Source: Planctomycetota bacterium
GTDB lineage: Bacteria; Planctomycetota; B15-G4; SIAN01
Length of the DNA: 64,000 bases
Assembly: GCA_031409275.1 (NCBI GenBank)
Contig: JANNXA010000034.1
Location: forward strand, 1 to 64,000
Direction of reading: 5' to 3'
The notes under the pieces were generated by a model that worked only from the letters and a program-made list of their open reading frames with translations, was not told where the DNA came from and made no database searches. Positions 45,159 through 54,899 of this stretch are shown here, one piece after another. The position numbers and the translations under genes were made by a program. Positions within the stretch are counted from its first letter, which is position 1. Every line of letters begins with the position of its first letter.

Positions 45159-46256
45159 ATGAAGCCTGGGATTGCGACCGCTGCGACGCTGATCGTCGGT
45201 CTGGTCACCGGATTCGTGGCGGGGCGCGCGTCGGTTTCGCGCGGAGCACTCGCGGCGCCCGACGCGGCGCGGCTTTCGGGTCCAGGAGCGCACGCCGACG
45301 GGGCGACGCCGGCCGCCGCCGCGGAACGCGTCCACGGGGCCGGCATCGAGGCACCCGCAACGCAGCGCGTCGTCGCTCCCGCTTCGTCCGACGCGATCGC
45401 GGCAACGCCGGAGGGCGTCGCGGCTGGAAGCGTCGGCCCCGCCACCGCGCCCGCCAGCGCCACCGTCGAGTCACCGCCCGAGTTGACGTTGCGCGAGCGT
45501 CTCCTCGCCGCGTCGGAGGTGGAGCGCGCGCAGATGCTTGGCGCGCTCGTCGCGGAGCTGCGTGGGGCCGAGCCTGAGTCGCGCGCGCAGCAACTGCACG
45601 AACTCTTCAAGGCGGACGGATGGTTCAACGATCACCCGGGGCCGGCGCTCGACGACGCGAGTTGGCGCCTGGCGGCCGACACGCTGCGTGAGCTGCCCGA
45701 CGGCGGCGCGCGCGACGAGCTGCTGCAGACGCTCGGTCAGCAGCTAGCGCGCGTACGCGGGACCAACGCGATGTCGACGCTGGTGTCGCTGTCGACGCTG
45801 ACGCTTGCCGACGAGGCGGCGCGCATCGCAGGCCGCGCGTCCGATCCCGATGCGGCTGCCGTGGCGCAGATGCGCCAACTGCTCGCCGATTCGGCGGCGG
45901 ACGGCACCCTCGATGAGGAGTCGGCGCTCGACGCGGCGTTCGGGATCGGCGGCGCCAGTGCGAGCATCGACGATCAGCGGACTCTGATACGACTGGCGAG
46001 CGAGGGCCGCATGCCGCGCATTCGCCTCTCGGGCTACTTCGCCCTGGCCACGACGCCACCGAGCGCTGAGGTCGACGCCTTCCTCGTCCACGATGCCAGC
46101 AGCGCCGGCAGCTCCTGGAAGACGCGTGCGATGGCGTGGCAGGCACTGGTTCGCCGTGGTCGCGAAGAGCTGCTGCCTGCCCGCGTCGTGCAGGAGATCC
46201 TGGTCGAGTGGGAGCGCTCGGGCTCGACCGATCTGGAGCAGCTGTTCAACGAGTGA
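45159..46256 (+). CDS. Hypothetical membrane-anchored helical-repeat protein
   Basis: ATG after AAGGAG; N-terminal TM, Ala/Pro linker, alpha-helical C-terminus. Confidence 0.65.
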   Translation: MKPGIATAATLIVGLVTGFVAGRASVSRGALAAPDAARLSGPGAHADGATPAAAAERVHGAGIEAPATQRVVAPASSDAIAATPEGVAAGSVGPATAPASATVESPPELTLRERLLAASEVERAQMLGALVAELRGAEPESRAQQLHELFKADGWFNDHPGPALDDASWRLAADTLRELPDGGARDELLQTLGQQLARVRGTNAMSTLVSLSTLTLADEAARIAGRASDPDAAAVAQMRQLLADSAADGTLDEESALDAAFGIGGASASIDDQRTLIRLASEGRMPRIRLSGYFALATTPPSAEVDAFLVHDASSAGSSWKTRAMAWQALVRRGREELLPARVVQEILVEWERSGSTDLEQLFNE

Positions 46257-47223
46257 CCGGCGCGTTCCATTCGCCGAGCAGGAACGCCTGCGCGTCGGGC
46301 AGCAGCGGGAATGGCTTGAACAGCAGCTGCAATTGCACGCCGCTCGCGGCGGCATCGACGACGAAGCGCACCACCCGTGTTTCATCGACGTCGAGGCGAT
46401 CGTCGGCACGCGACTCCGTCTTGCCCGGCTTGCGCAAGGTGACGTACTGCGGCTCGCCGCCATCGACGACAAGCTTCAGCTGGAAGACTCGCGATGGGAT
46501 CTCGCCCGGAAAGCGATGGCCGGTGCGGTTGCGCAGCGTGACGCGTACTTCACCGCCGTCGCGCACGCACTCCCAGCCGATGGCGCGTCGGACGAAGTCG
46601 GGGTTCAGCCCGCCGTTGGGTCCGTGGCTGCGTCCCGCTCGATTCGTCGCTTGCGGCATGTGGCAATCGACGCATCGCACGCCGACTGCGTGGGCATCGG
46701 AGCGCTCGTACTCCTCGAACGCGTGGTGGGTCGGCTCGTGGCAGGGCCAGCACGACTGCGCCGACACGAACGCTTCGACGTAGCGCGGCCGGCACGGCGC
46801 GTCGACGACGGTGCGCGCTGCTGCGACGCCGTCGTCGAGCCCGTGGCACGACAGGCAGTGGACCCCATCGAGCTGGTTGAAGTCGCGATAGCGCGGCCGT
46901 TGATCGAGTCCGCTGGCCAGCACCGGCAACGGACTGTGGCAGGCGCGGCAGCCGGTCTGCGCGAAGTCGTTGGTTTCGGCGCGCACGTTCTCGTTGGTCC
47001 AGGCGTGCTGATGGAGGCTCTGCGACCACTCGCGATAGACCTCGAGATGACACGGGCCGCATGCCGCCAGCGACGGTCGATCGATCTGCTGCCAGGGCGG
47101 ACGCGCCTCCGCGAGCGTCGCCGATTCGTCGCTGGCCGGCGTCGGTTCCTGCTGACACGCGGCGAGCGCCGTGGCGACCGTCGCCGCGCGCACTCGCGCC
47201 CACCCCCGCGGCACCCGCCTCAT
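46246..47223 (-). CDS. Pentaheme c-type cytochrome lipoprotein (c554/c552-like N-terminus)
   Basis: Lipobox LAAC; five CxxCH motifs (CGPCH, CRACH, CLSCH, CWPCH, CVDCH); YREWSQSLH and NRTGHRFP motifs. Confidence 0.88.
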   Translation of the reverse strand: MRRVPRGWARVRAATVATALAACQQEPTPASDESATLAEARPPWQQIDRPSLAACGPCHLEVYREWSQSLHQHAWTNENVRAETNDFAQTGCRACHSPLPVLASGLDQRPRYRDFNQLDGVHCLSCHGLDDGVAAARTVVDAPCRPRYVEAFVSAQSCWPCHEPTHHAFEEYERSDAHAVGVRCVDCHMPQATNRAGRSHGPNGGLNPDFVRRAIGWECVRDGGEVRVTLRNRTGHRFPGEIPSRVFQLKLVVDGGEPQYVTLRKPGKTESRADDRLDVDETRVVRFVVDAAASGVQLQLLFKPFPLLPDAQAFLLGEWNAPVTR

Positions 47224-49673
47224 CGGCGACTCGTCGCGAGGAAGCGCGCCCACTCGACGTAGGCCGCTTCGCGCTCGGCAGGATCGCCATCGATCCAGTT
47301 CGCACACCAATCCTGGCTGGTGAGGCGGCGCAACGAGAGCCACGCGCACAGGCGCACGAACGGATCGTCGGCGCGCAGCAGGTAGGCCAATCGCGGCGCC
47401 ACGTCAGGGCGTTGCGTCGCGCCGAGCGCCACGCAGGAGGCGGCCTGCTCGGGGTAATGAGCGTTGCGCGCGCGCGCGGCCAGCGCCTCGACCGCGTCGT
47501 CGCCGCCTTGGCGCGCCAGCTCCATCAGCAGCGTCTCGCGCAGCGGGATCTCGGCGAAGAGGTCGCGCTCGACGGCGGTGGATCGCGGCGCCCGTCGCGA
47601 CGCTTCGAGGTGGTCGAGGATCGCGTCGCGCGCCGCGGCGCGCACTTCGGGCTGCTTCGGATGCTCGATCGCCGCTTCGGCCTGGCCGGCGAGCCACTCG
47701 ATCTGCTGCGCGACCTCCTCGTCGGATCGGCGGGGCATCGCCGCCGTCGTCACCAGCCGCTCCATCAGCTCGGCGGCCAGCTTGCGAAGTCGAAGTCGCT
47801 TCGGGCCGATGGCCACGGCGTCATCGAGGAAGGCGTCGACCCATGCGGTGAGGTCGTTGCTGGCGCGAGGCGCCTCTGGATCGGTCGATTGCAGTGCGGC
47901 GATCAGCTCGGCGTTGGCCAGTTTGTGGCGTCGCCCCAACACCTGCACCACCAGCAGCAATCGCCAGTGCTCCTCGGGCAGCTTGGGGGAGAGCAGTCGC
48001 AGTCCATCGGCTCCGATGAGGCTGCGCGCCACCTCGAGCGCGCGCAGGTCGTTGGCACGATCGAGCAGTTCGAGCAGCGCCAGACGCCACGGCAGCTCGT
48101 TCGTCGAGTCGAGCGCCATCGCGGCGGCGACATCGAGTCGATCGGGGTTGGGCAGTCCGGCGACGGCCGCCAGCCGCAATTCCGGCTCGCACGCCACGTC
48201 AGCGGCAATCTTGCGCAGCCGTGCGCTGCCGGCGTCGCCAAGCTCGCCCAATACGTCGACGAAGACGTGGCGCGCCAACGGTGCCACCCCGCCGAAACTC
48301 GGGCTCTCGAATCGCGTCAGGCGGCCCCCCGCAAGCGACGGCTCGTCGAAGGGCTGCACCGCGAGGCGTGCGCGTGCGGCGTCGTCGGGAGCGAGCCGCC
48401 ACGCGATCAGTCGCGCCAGCTGCACGATGGCTCGCGCGCGCAGGTCGGGCGGATCGGGGACGTCGGGTGAGTGATCGGGGCGGTCCACTTCGGCGAGGCT
48501 GCGCACCGCTTGCGTGAGCTCCTGGTAGGGCGCGATGAAATCGGCGAGCGCGCTCGTGTGGCGTCCGGGTTCGATGCGCGCCAGCGCGCAGAGGCGCCCG
48601 ACCAGCGGCTCCGCCTGCTGCGTCAGGAGTTCATTGGGTCGCACCAGAAGCGCGATGGCGGAAGCGTCTCCGAAGCTGCCGAGTGCGTGGACCAGCAGCG
48701 CGGCGAGGAACGGATCGACCTTGCTGGCCAGCGCCGCGCGCAGCACCGGCGCCGCGCCGCGCGCCCGCCGCCGACCCAGCGCGTCGATGGCGCGGGCGCG
48801 CGCGACCGGATCGTCGGAGGTCGCGACGACGCGCGTCAGCGCTTCAGTCGACGTGGTCGTGTCGATCATCCCGAGGAAGGCGACGGCGTTGCGACGCAGC
48901 AGCGGCGCGTCGCTGTCCGCCAGTTGCGCAGCGATGGGCAGCGCTTCCTCGCGCAGCAATGCGAGGCGACGGCCGAAACGGAAGTCATTGGAGTAGGGGC
49001 GCGCGGCGCAGAGCTCTTCAGCGACGAAGCGGCGCAGCAGCGTCGTCGATGGATCGAAGTCGCCGGTCGGGGGCAGCGGTCGCAGCGGCATCGGGCCGAT
49101 CGACCTGCGCAACGCTGATGCGAGGTCGGCCACTTCCGGGAGCGAGCCGCCCGCCTCGATTCCGGCGCGCGCGCCTTCACCGAGCAGGAGCAAGCGCGCG
49201 CCGATCTCGGAGCGCAGCACTCGGCCTGGATGGAGCATCGCCTGCAGCAGCAAACCGCTCGCGCGCCAGTAGAGCTCCTCGTCGAACGGCAGCGGCCACG
49301 CGTGGCCGAGCGCCGAGCGATTGCCTGTGACGGACGCGCCGCTGCCGGTGGTGGCGGGCGCGGCCCAGTTCAAATGGTTCGCAAAGTCGACCGTCAACAG
49401 TTCGCTCGGCTGTGCGATGCCCAGCACGGGAAGCGTCGGGCGCGCCGTGGGCGATGCGTAGCGACCACCGTCGCCGCTGCGCGCCAGCTCGAACGCCCCT
49501 TCCGGTCGCACGTAGCGCTGCGGCGTGAGCGGGGTCCAATCGAGCGGCGTGCCGGCGGCGACGTGGACATCGAGGTCAGGTGCGCCCGCGGCGGCGAGCG
49601 CGGCGAGGGCGATGACCGGCGCGACGGCGGCCGCGAAGATCCCGGCAACGACGATGGATCGGCAGCGCGACAT
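47220..49673 (-). CDS. Exported HEAT-repeat protein
   Basis: Signal peptide; PLLRRNAVAFLG, DPVARARAIDALG, DPFVRLCAWLSL repeats; ATGA overlap with the cytochrome gene. Confidence 0.78.
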   Translation of the reverse strand: MSRCRSIVVAGIFAAAVAPVIALAALAAAGAPDLDVHVAAGTPLDWTPLTPQRYVRPEGAFELARSGDGGRYASPTARPTLPVLGIAQPSELLTVDFANHLNWAAPATTGSGASVTGNRSALGHAWPLPFDEELYWRASGLLLQAMLHPGRVLRSEIGARLLLLGEGARAGIEAGGSLPEVADLASALRRSIGPMPLRPLPPTGDFDPSTTLLRRFVAEELCAARPYSNDFRFGRRLALLREEALPIAAQLADSDAPLLRRNAVAFLGMIDTTTSTEALTRVVATSDDPVARARAIDALGRRRARGAAPVLRAALASKVDPFLAALLVHALGSFGDASAIALLVRPNELLTQQAEPLVGRLCALARIEPGRHTSALADFIAPYQELTQAVRSLAEVDRPDHSPDVPDPPDLRARAIVQLARLIAWRLAPDDAARARLAVQPFDEPSLAGGRLTRFESPSFGGVAPLARHVFVDVLGELGDAGSARLRKIAADVACEPELRLAAVAGLPNPDRLDVAAAMALDSTNELPWRLALLELLDRANDLRALEVARSLIGADGLRLLSPKLPEEHWRLLLVVQVLGRRHKLANAELIAALQSTDPEAPRASNDLTAWVDAFLDDAVAIGPKRLRLRKLAAELMERLVTTAAMPRRSDEEVAQQIEWLAGQAEAAIEHPKQPEVRAAARDAILDHLEASRRAPRSTAVERDLFAEIPLRETLLMELARQGGDDAVEALAARARNAHYPEQAASCVALGATQRPDVAPRLAYLLRADDPFVRLCAWLSLRRLTSQDWCANWIDGDPAEREAAYVEWARFLATSRR

Positions 49674-49690
49674 GAACGGCTCTATCGCCG

Positions 49691-50269
49691 TCACGGCCGG
49701 CGGTAGCGCCCCGCCATCAGCACCAGCGAATCGCCGTAGCGACCCATGCCGTCGATTTCGTAGCGCGCGTCGGTGCCAGTGCCGAGGCAGCGCTCGCGGA
49801 ACGTCTCGCTGCGGCCGTCGCTCTGCACCGACCAGACCAGCTCCTCGTCGCCGTCGGGCCCCTTCACGAGCCGGCCGACATGCTCGACGTGGTCGCCGCT
49901 CTCCTTGTCGACGATGCAACGCAACTCGAGCGAGCCATCGGCGCGCCGCGTCGCGAGGTTCTTGCCGCGCCCCTTGGTGGTCTTGCCGCTCGCATCGGTG
50001 TCCGCCAGCACCACCTCCTGCGTGTTGGCATCGAGGCGCCGGTAGCTCTGTTTCACCGCGATGCGGTAGAGCTCCTTTCCGCTCGCGTCCCAGCCCACGA
50101 AGGAGCCCACCCAGTCGCCATCGAGCCCGGCGAAAACGGCGACGGGCTCGTCGGCGAGCGATGCCGTCGATGGCGGTGGCGTTGCGGCGGGTTCACCAGC
50201 AGCCAGGGTTGCCGACAGCAGCAGCGGCATCGCGCTCAGCCACCGGCGCGAACGGGTGAAATGGGCCAT
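49691..50269 (-). CDS. Hypothetical secreted beta-barrel-like protein
   Basis: ATG at 50269 after GAGGAG; signal peptide; FAGLDGDWVGSF (lipocalin-like GxW) start and alternating beta strands. Confidence 0.7.
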   Translation of the reverse strand: MAHFTRSRRWLSAMPLLLSATLAAGEPAATPPPSTASLADEPVAVFAGLDGDWVGSFVGWDASGKELYRIAVKQSYRRLDANTQEVVLADTDASGKTTKGRGKNLATRRADGSLELRCIVDKESGDHVEHVGRLVKGPDGDEELVWSVQSDGRSETFRERCLGTGTDARYEIDGMGRYGDSLVLMAGRYRRP

Positions 50270-50301
50270 GGAAGACTCCTCGCTTTGCATTCCGGGCCCC
50301 C

Positions 50302-53300
50302 TCACTCCACGAAGACGAAGGCCTTCGCGCAGAAGAGCACGTGGATCCAGTCGCTCCAGAGCGCGGCGTCGTTCCAGGCGACCTGGCGTGATGCGAGCTC
50401 TGCGTTGAGCCAGGCGAGCGAGGCGTCGATCTCCTCGTCGCGCGGCGGGCGGCCGAAGGTGGTGCGCAGTAGCGACTCGACGCGCGCGGCGGGGGATTGC
50501 GGCGGGCCGGCCAGCGAGCGGCTCGCGCAGCGACGTGCCATCTCCTGCACGAGCTCGCCATTCATCAGCGCCAACGACTGCGCGGGCACATTGCTGACGC
50601 TGCGCCGACCGCAGGTGGCCGCGGGGTTGGGGAAGTCGAAGGCGAGCAGGAATGGGTCGAGGAAGTTGCGCCGCACCGAGAGGTAGAGCGTGCGGCGGCC
50701 GTTGCCATCGAGCGGTCCTTCGCCGGGTCGACCACGCCCCTCCATGAACGGGGTCAGGTGGGTGGGGACCGCCGGCCCGAAACGGGTGGAATCGAGCGAG
50801 CCGGAGACGGCCAGCAGCGCGTCGCGCAACTGCTCGGCGGTGAGGCGGCGGACCGGCATGCAGTGCAGCCATCGATTCGACGGATCGACCTCGCTCGCGC
50901 GCGGATCGGCGCCGCTGCTGCTCATCGCGTAGGTGCGCGACAGGACGAGGCGGCGGATCAGTTGCTTCTGCGACCCGCCGCTCTCGATGAACTGCGCCGC
51001 CAACGTGTCGAGGAGCTCGGGGTGGCTCGGTCGTTCGCCCAGCGTGCCGAAGTCGTCGACGCTCGCCACGAGGCCGCGGCCAAAGAGGTGGTGCCAGATG
51101 CGGTTCACGGCGACGCGCGGCACCAGCGGATCGGTCGGATCGGTGAGGCGTTGCGCGAGCGCGAGCCGGCCGCTGCCGGGCTCGTCGGCAGCCAACGGCG
51201 CCGTGCCATCGATCGCTTCGAGGAAACGACGCGGGGCCGCCTCGCCTTGCGTGCGCCAACTGCCGCGGATCAGCACCGCCTCGTCGAATGCGCTTCCGTC
51301 GAGCAGCGCCGGTGCGACGCGCGAGCCGTCGCGCATCTCCGCCAGCAGCGCCGCCTGCGCCGCACCAAAGCGGGCGAGCGCACCGTCCGCCGCGCCTGAC
51401 ATCACCGTGCGCAGCTCCTCGGCCGGCACCTTCGCCAGAACCGCGTCGAGCAGCGCCGCCACGTCGCCGCGGTTGGCGCTGTTCCCCAGCTCACCGCGCG
51501 CGAGCGAGTCGATGGCTGCGTCGAATGCGGCCGCCAGCGTTCGTCCTTCCAGAAGTGCGTTCGCGCGCGCCTCGATCTGCGGCGGCTGCGCCGCGTCCCA
51601 CAGCGCCGCGACCTCGAGGTCGGGCGCGATGCCATGCTCATCGAGCGGCGCGAGACCGATCTCGCTGTGCATCCGCAGGCCGACGTAGTCGGGGAGATCC
51701 TGCGTGACGACCCGCCATGCGCCGCCCGTGTCGACCTCCATCAACGTCTGCGTGTGGAGCGGTCCCTCCAGCGTGCGATGCGAAGCGACGCACGCGAAGA
51801 GGATCCCCTTGCCGCGCACCAGCCAGTGGAGCTTGCCGTGCTGCAGCGCGAAGCTGCGGGTGCGTGCCACGCGGCCGGGTTCGAGCAGTCGCGCACGCGT
51901 CGGGTCGATCTCGCGATCGGCGGCGACGCGCACGTGGTCGAGCGCGGCGTCGCGCGCGAGCACTCCGACGGTGGCGAAACCGGCGATCGGCGCCGCGGGG
52001 TCGCCGCGAAAGCGCAGGGCACCGCTCGTCAGCGGAGCGACACCGAACGCCACGCCGTCCTGGTTCCAGTCGCCCGGCCGCGGTGCCGCGAAGTCGACGA
52101 CGGTGCCACACTGATCGGCGGGCAGCACGACCCGCGGGGCGGTCGCTTCGCGCAGCGCCGCGGCGAGTTCGGGCTCGACGTCGACGCGCGCGGTGAGCTT
52201 CGTGGCAAGCGGGCGCAGCGCCTGCGCGACTTCCTCTTCGAGCGCTCGATGCTGCTGTGCGCGCAGCGCTGCCACCGCCTGCGCCGCCCGTTCGTTGGTG
52301 GGCAGCGCCTCGTAGGGCGTCTGCCGTGCGCTGGCGCCGGCGAGGAAGCTGCTGAAGGCGTAGTAGTCGTGTTGCGTCAGCGCGTCGAATTTGTGGTCGT
52401 GGCAGCGCGCGCAGGCGAGCGTCACGCCGAGGAACGCCTTGCTGAAGGTGTCGATCTGGTTGGCGACGCGATCGCACTCGTCGCCGCGGATGTCGACGGG
52501 CGAGTGGACCGCTTCGCCCAGCAACCAGAAGCCGGTGGCGACGATCGATTCGTTGGCGCCGCTCGCCGGATCGAGGCGCGGCGGCTGCATCAGATCGCCG
52601 GCGACGTGCTCGCGCAGCAGCTGGTCGTACGGCACGTCGCCATTCAGGGCCCGCACGAGGTAGTCGCGATAGGCCCATGCGTTGGGCAGCGTGAAGTCGA
52701 ACTCGTGACCGCGCCCTTCGGCGTAGCGGGCGAGGTCGAGCCAGTGGCGCGCCCACGCCTCGCCGAACGTCGGTGCGGCCAGCAGTCGGTCGACCACGCG
52801 TGCGCGTGCATCGGCGCGCTCGTCCGCGAGGAAAGCGTCCTGCTCGGCGAGCGTTGGCGGCAACCCGGTCAGATCGAACGTCACACGACGCAGCCACGTC
52901 GCGCGCGGCGCGTCGGGCGCGGGCGCGAGGCCGACGCTTTCCAGTTTCGCGAGGAGGAAGCGGTCGACGTCATCGAGCGGCCAATCGCTGCGCTGCACCG
53001 CGGGCGCAGCGACAGGCGCGAGCGGTGCCCAGGCCCAGTGGAGTTTGCGGGCGGCCAGGTCGAACGGCGGCGCGCCGCTCTTGGCGCCGCTTGCAGTGGT
53101 GTCGCTGTCGCCGGCAGCGGGGCCGCTGGGTAGCGCGGCGCCGCCGCGAATCCACTCCGCGATCGTCTCGCGCAACGACTCGTCGAGCTTGCCCCGTGGC
53201 GGCATCTGCAGGTCGTCGCGTTCCCAGGCGAGCGCCGCGACGATCAGGCTCTCCTCGGGCTTGCCGGCGACGAAGAGCGCGCCGCGCTCGCCGCCTTTCG

Positions 53301-53490
53301 CGACTCCCGCCACCGTGTCGAGTCGCAGCCCCGACTTCTGCCGATCGGGACCGTGGCACTTGACGCAGTGCTCGTGGAAGAGTGGTCGGATCGAGTTCTC
53401 GAAATCGGCGACGCCGTCGCCTGCGCCGCGCGCGGCGAGCGCGAGCGGAGCGACGAGCAGCGCGAAGAGTGCGGGCGCGATCGAGTTCAT
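50302..53490 (-). CDS. Planctomycete cytochrome C / DUF1549 (PSCyt2) / DUF1553 (PSD1) protein
   Basis: FENSIRPLF..HCVKCH, LRRVTFDLTGLPP, RHWLDLARYAE, CARCHDHKFD, VNRIWHHLFGRGLV, PSHPELLD. Confidence 0.94.
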   Translation of the reverse strand: MNSIAPALFALLVAPLALAARGAGDGVADFENSIRPLFHEHCVKCHGPDRQKSGLRLDTVAGVAKGGERGALFVAGKPEESLIVAALAWERDDLQMPPRGKLDESLRETIAEWIRGGAALPSGPAAGDSDTTASGAKSGAPPFDLAARKLHWAWAPLAPVAAPAVQRSDWPLDDVDRFLLAKLESVGLAPAPDAPRATWLRRVTFDLTGLPPTLAEQDAFLADERADARARVVDRLLAAPTFGEAWARHWLDLARYAEGRGHEFDFTLPNAWAYRDYLVRALNGDVPYDQLLREHVAGDLMQPPRLDPASGANESIVATGFWLLGEAVHSPVDIRGDECDRVANQIDTFSKAFLGVTLACARCHDHKFDALTQHDYYAFSSFLAGASARQTPYEALPTNERAAQAVAALRAQQHRALEEEVAQALRPLATKLTARVDVEPELAAALREATAPRVVLPADQCGTVVDFAAPRPGDWNQDGVAFGVAPLTSGALRFRGDPAAPIAGFATVGVLARDAALDHVRVAADREIDPTRARLLEPGRVARTRSFALQHGKLHWLVRGKGILFACVASHRTLEGPLHTQTLMEVDTGGAWRVVTQDLPDYVGLRMHSEIGLAPLDEHGIAPDLEVAALWDAAQPPQIEARANALLEGRTLAAAFDAAIDSLARGELGNSANRGDVAALLDAVLAKVPAEELRTVMSGAADGALARFGAAQAALLAEMRDGSRVAPALLDGSAFDEAVLIRGSWRTQGEAAPRRFLEAIDGTAPLAADEPGSGRLALAQRLTDPTDPLVPRVAVNRIWHHLFGRGLVASVDDFGTLGERPSHPELLDTLAAQFIESGGSQKQLIRRLVLSRTYAMSSSGADPRASEVDPSNRWLHCMPVRRLTAEQLRDALLAVSGSLDSTRFGPAVPTHLTPFMEGRGRPGEGPLDGNGRRTLYLSVRRNFLDPFLLAFDFPNPAATCGRRSVSNVPAQSLALMNGELVQEMARRCASRSLAGPPQSPAARVESLLRTTFGRPPRDEEIDASLAWLNAELASRQVAWNDAALWSDWIHVLFCAKAFVFVE

Positions 53491-53624
53491 CGAGGCGGGT
53501 GGCTCCGGTCGGCCATCGAAACCGTTGCCGGTCGCCGCAGCAAGCCCCCGTTACCATCGCGCCCGGTTCCGCTTGCCGCTGGCTTCGAGCGCGCACCGCG
53601 TCGCAGCCCGTTGGAGGTGTCCCG

Positions 53625-54899
53625 GTGGTCCCATTGCTGCTTTCGTCGCTCGCCTGGATCTCGTCGTCGTCTGCGAGCGTTCCATTCGTCGCGCCACTCG
53701 TCGCGCCCGTCGCCGACGGAAAGGCGCTCTATCGCGAGCATTGCGCCGGTTGCCACGGCGGCGATGGCGGTGGCGATGGGCCGTTGGCGAAAGAGCTGCG
53801 CTTCAAGCCGCGCGCCTTCAAGGAGGGCAAGTTCGCGTTCGGCAACACGCCGGAAGCGATGGGGAAGACGGTGCGTTCGGGCATTCCCGACGCGCAGGGT
53901 TTCCGCATGCCAGCGTTCGCCACTGTCCTGAAAGAGGAAGAGATCGCAGCGGTCGTCGACTTCGCGCGATCGTTGATGCCGGCGTCACTCGATCCCGCGG
54001 CCCCCGCCGACATGGTGTTGGAGGTCGGCGCCGAGGCGAAGTTGGCGCGCGGCGTCTTCCCGCCGCTGCGCGACGGTGCGCCGGTGCAGGCGCGCGGACT
54101 GCTGGCGGGACTGCCCGGCGGCGCGTCGTTTCAGTACGCGACCGATCCGCTCCACCTCGTGGCGATCCGCCGCGGCGGCTTCGTGTCGCGCACCGACTGG
54201 CTCGAGCGCGGTGGCAAGCCGCTGACGCCGCTCGGCAGCGCGGTCTGGGTGGCGCCGGAGCCGGAGCAGTGGCTCCCCTTCGCGCTCGCCGACGTGCCGG
54301 TGGGCGACGCGCCACCCGCGTTCGCCTTCGCGTCGACCAAGTTGCGCGAGACGACGGTGCGCGGCGCCGTCGTGGAGCTCAAGGCCGACCTGCTCGATGC
54401 AGGAGGCCGCTTGCGCGCGCACGTGATCGAGCGGCCGCTCGCGCTCGAAGTGACCGGCGGCTTCGGCGTGGTGCAGGAGTTCGAGTTGCTGGCGACCGAC
54501 GAGCCGGTGGTGGTGCTCGCCTCGCTGGCGCTGGCGTGCGACCCACGCCGCTCGATCGCCCCCGACCAAGGCGGGGACGCGCCCGCGCGCCCCCTGCTCC
54601 CTCCGCTCCGCCACGCCGCCGAGCAGCAGCAGCTCCTCATCGCGACCGGCTGGTTCGTGGTTCCATCGCCGGACGGCAGCTTCGCCTGCGTGCGAATCGT
54701 CGCGCCGCCGGCGGCGAACGAGAGCCGCTTCAACGGCCCGGCGCACGATTGCCGCGACGTGACGATCGCGCTTCGCGAGGAGCTGGTGCTGCTGCGTCGC
54801 ATCGTCGTCGTCCGGCAGGAAGTGAGTGTCGCGGTGCTGCAGCAGATGACGCGCGAAGTCGATGCGGCGCTCGACGCGGCGCAAGCGGGGAGCAAGTGA
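53625..54899 (+). CDS. c-type cytochrome with large C-terminal beta domain
   Basis: GTG at 53625 after GGAGG; GKALYREHCAGCHG.DG.GDG, KPRAF, MPAF. Confidence 0.78.
   Translation: MVPLLLSSLAWISSSSASVPFVAPLVAPVADGKALYREHCAGCHGGDGGGDGPLAKELRFKPRAFKEGKFAFGNTPEAMGKTVRSGIPDAQGFRMPAFATVLKEEEIAAVVDFARSLMPASLDPAAPADMVLEVGAEAKLARGVFPPLRDGAPVQARGLLAGLPGGASFQYATDPLHLVAIRRGGFVSRTDWLERGGKPLTPLGSAVWVAPEPEQWLPFALADVPVGDAPPAFAFASTKLRETTVRGAVVELKADLLDAGGRLRAHVIERPLALEVTGGFGVVQEFELLATDEPVVVLASLALACDPRRSIAPDQGGDAPARPLLPPLRHAAEQQQLLIATGWFVVPSPDGSFACVRIVAPPAANESRFNGPAHDCRDVTIALREELVLLRRIVVVRQEVSVAVLQQMTREVDAALDAAQAGSK

Noticed and set aside
53045..54898. N-terminal 600 aa of the 1546-aa ORF (likewise the extensions of ORFs 169, 32010, 35782 and 39302..41131)
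   Set aside because: Arg/Ala-rich off-frame read-through overlapping real genes; true starts are marked by RBS, signal peptides or stop/start overlaps.
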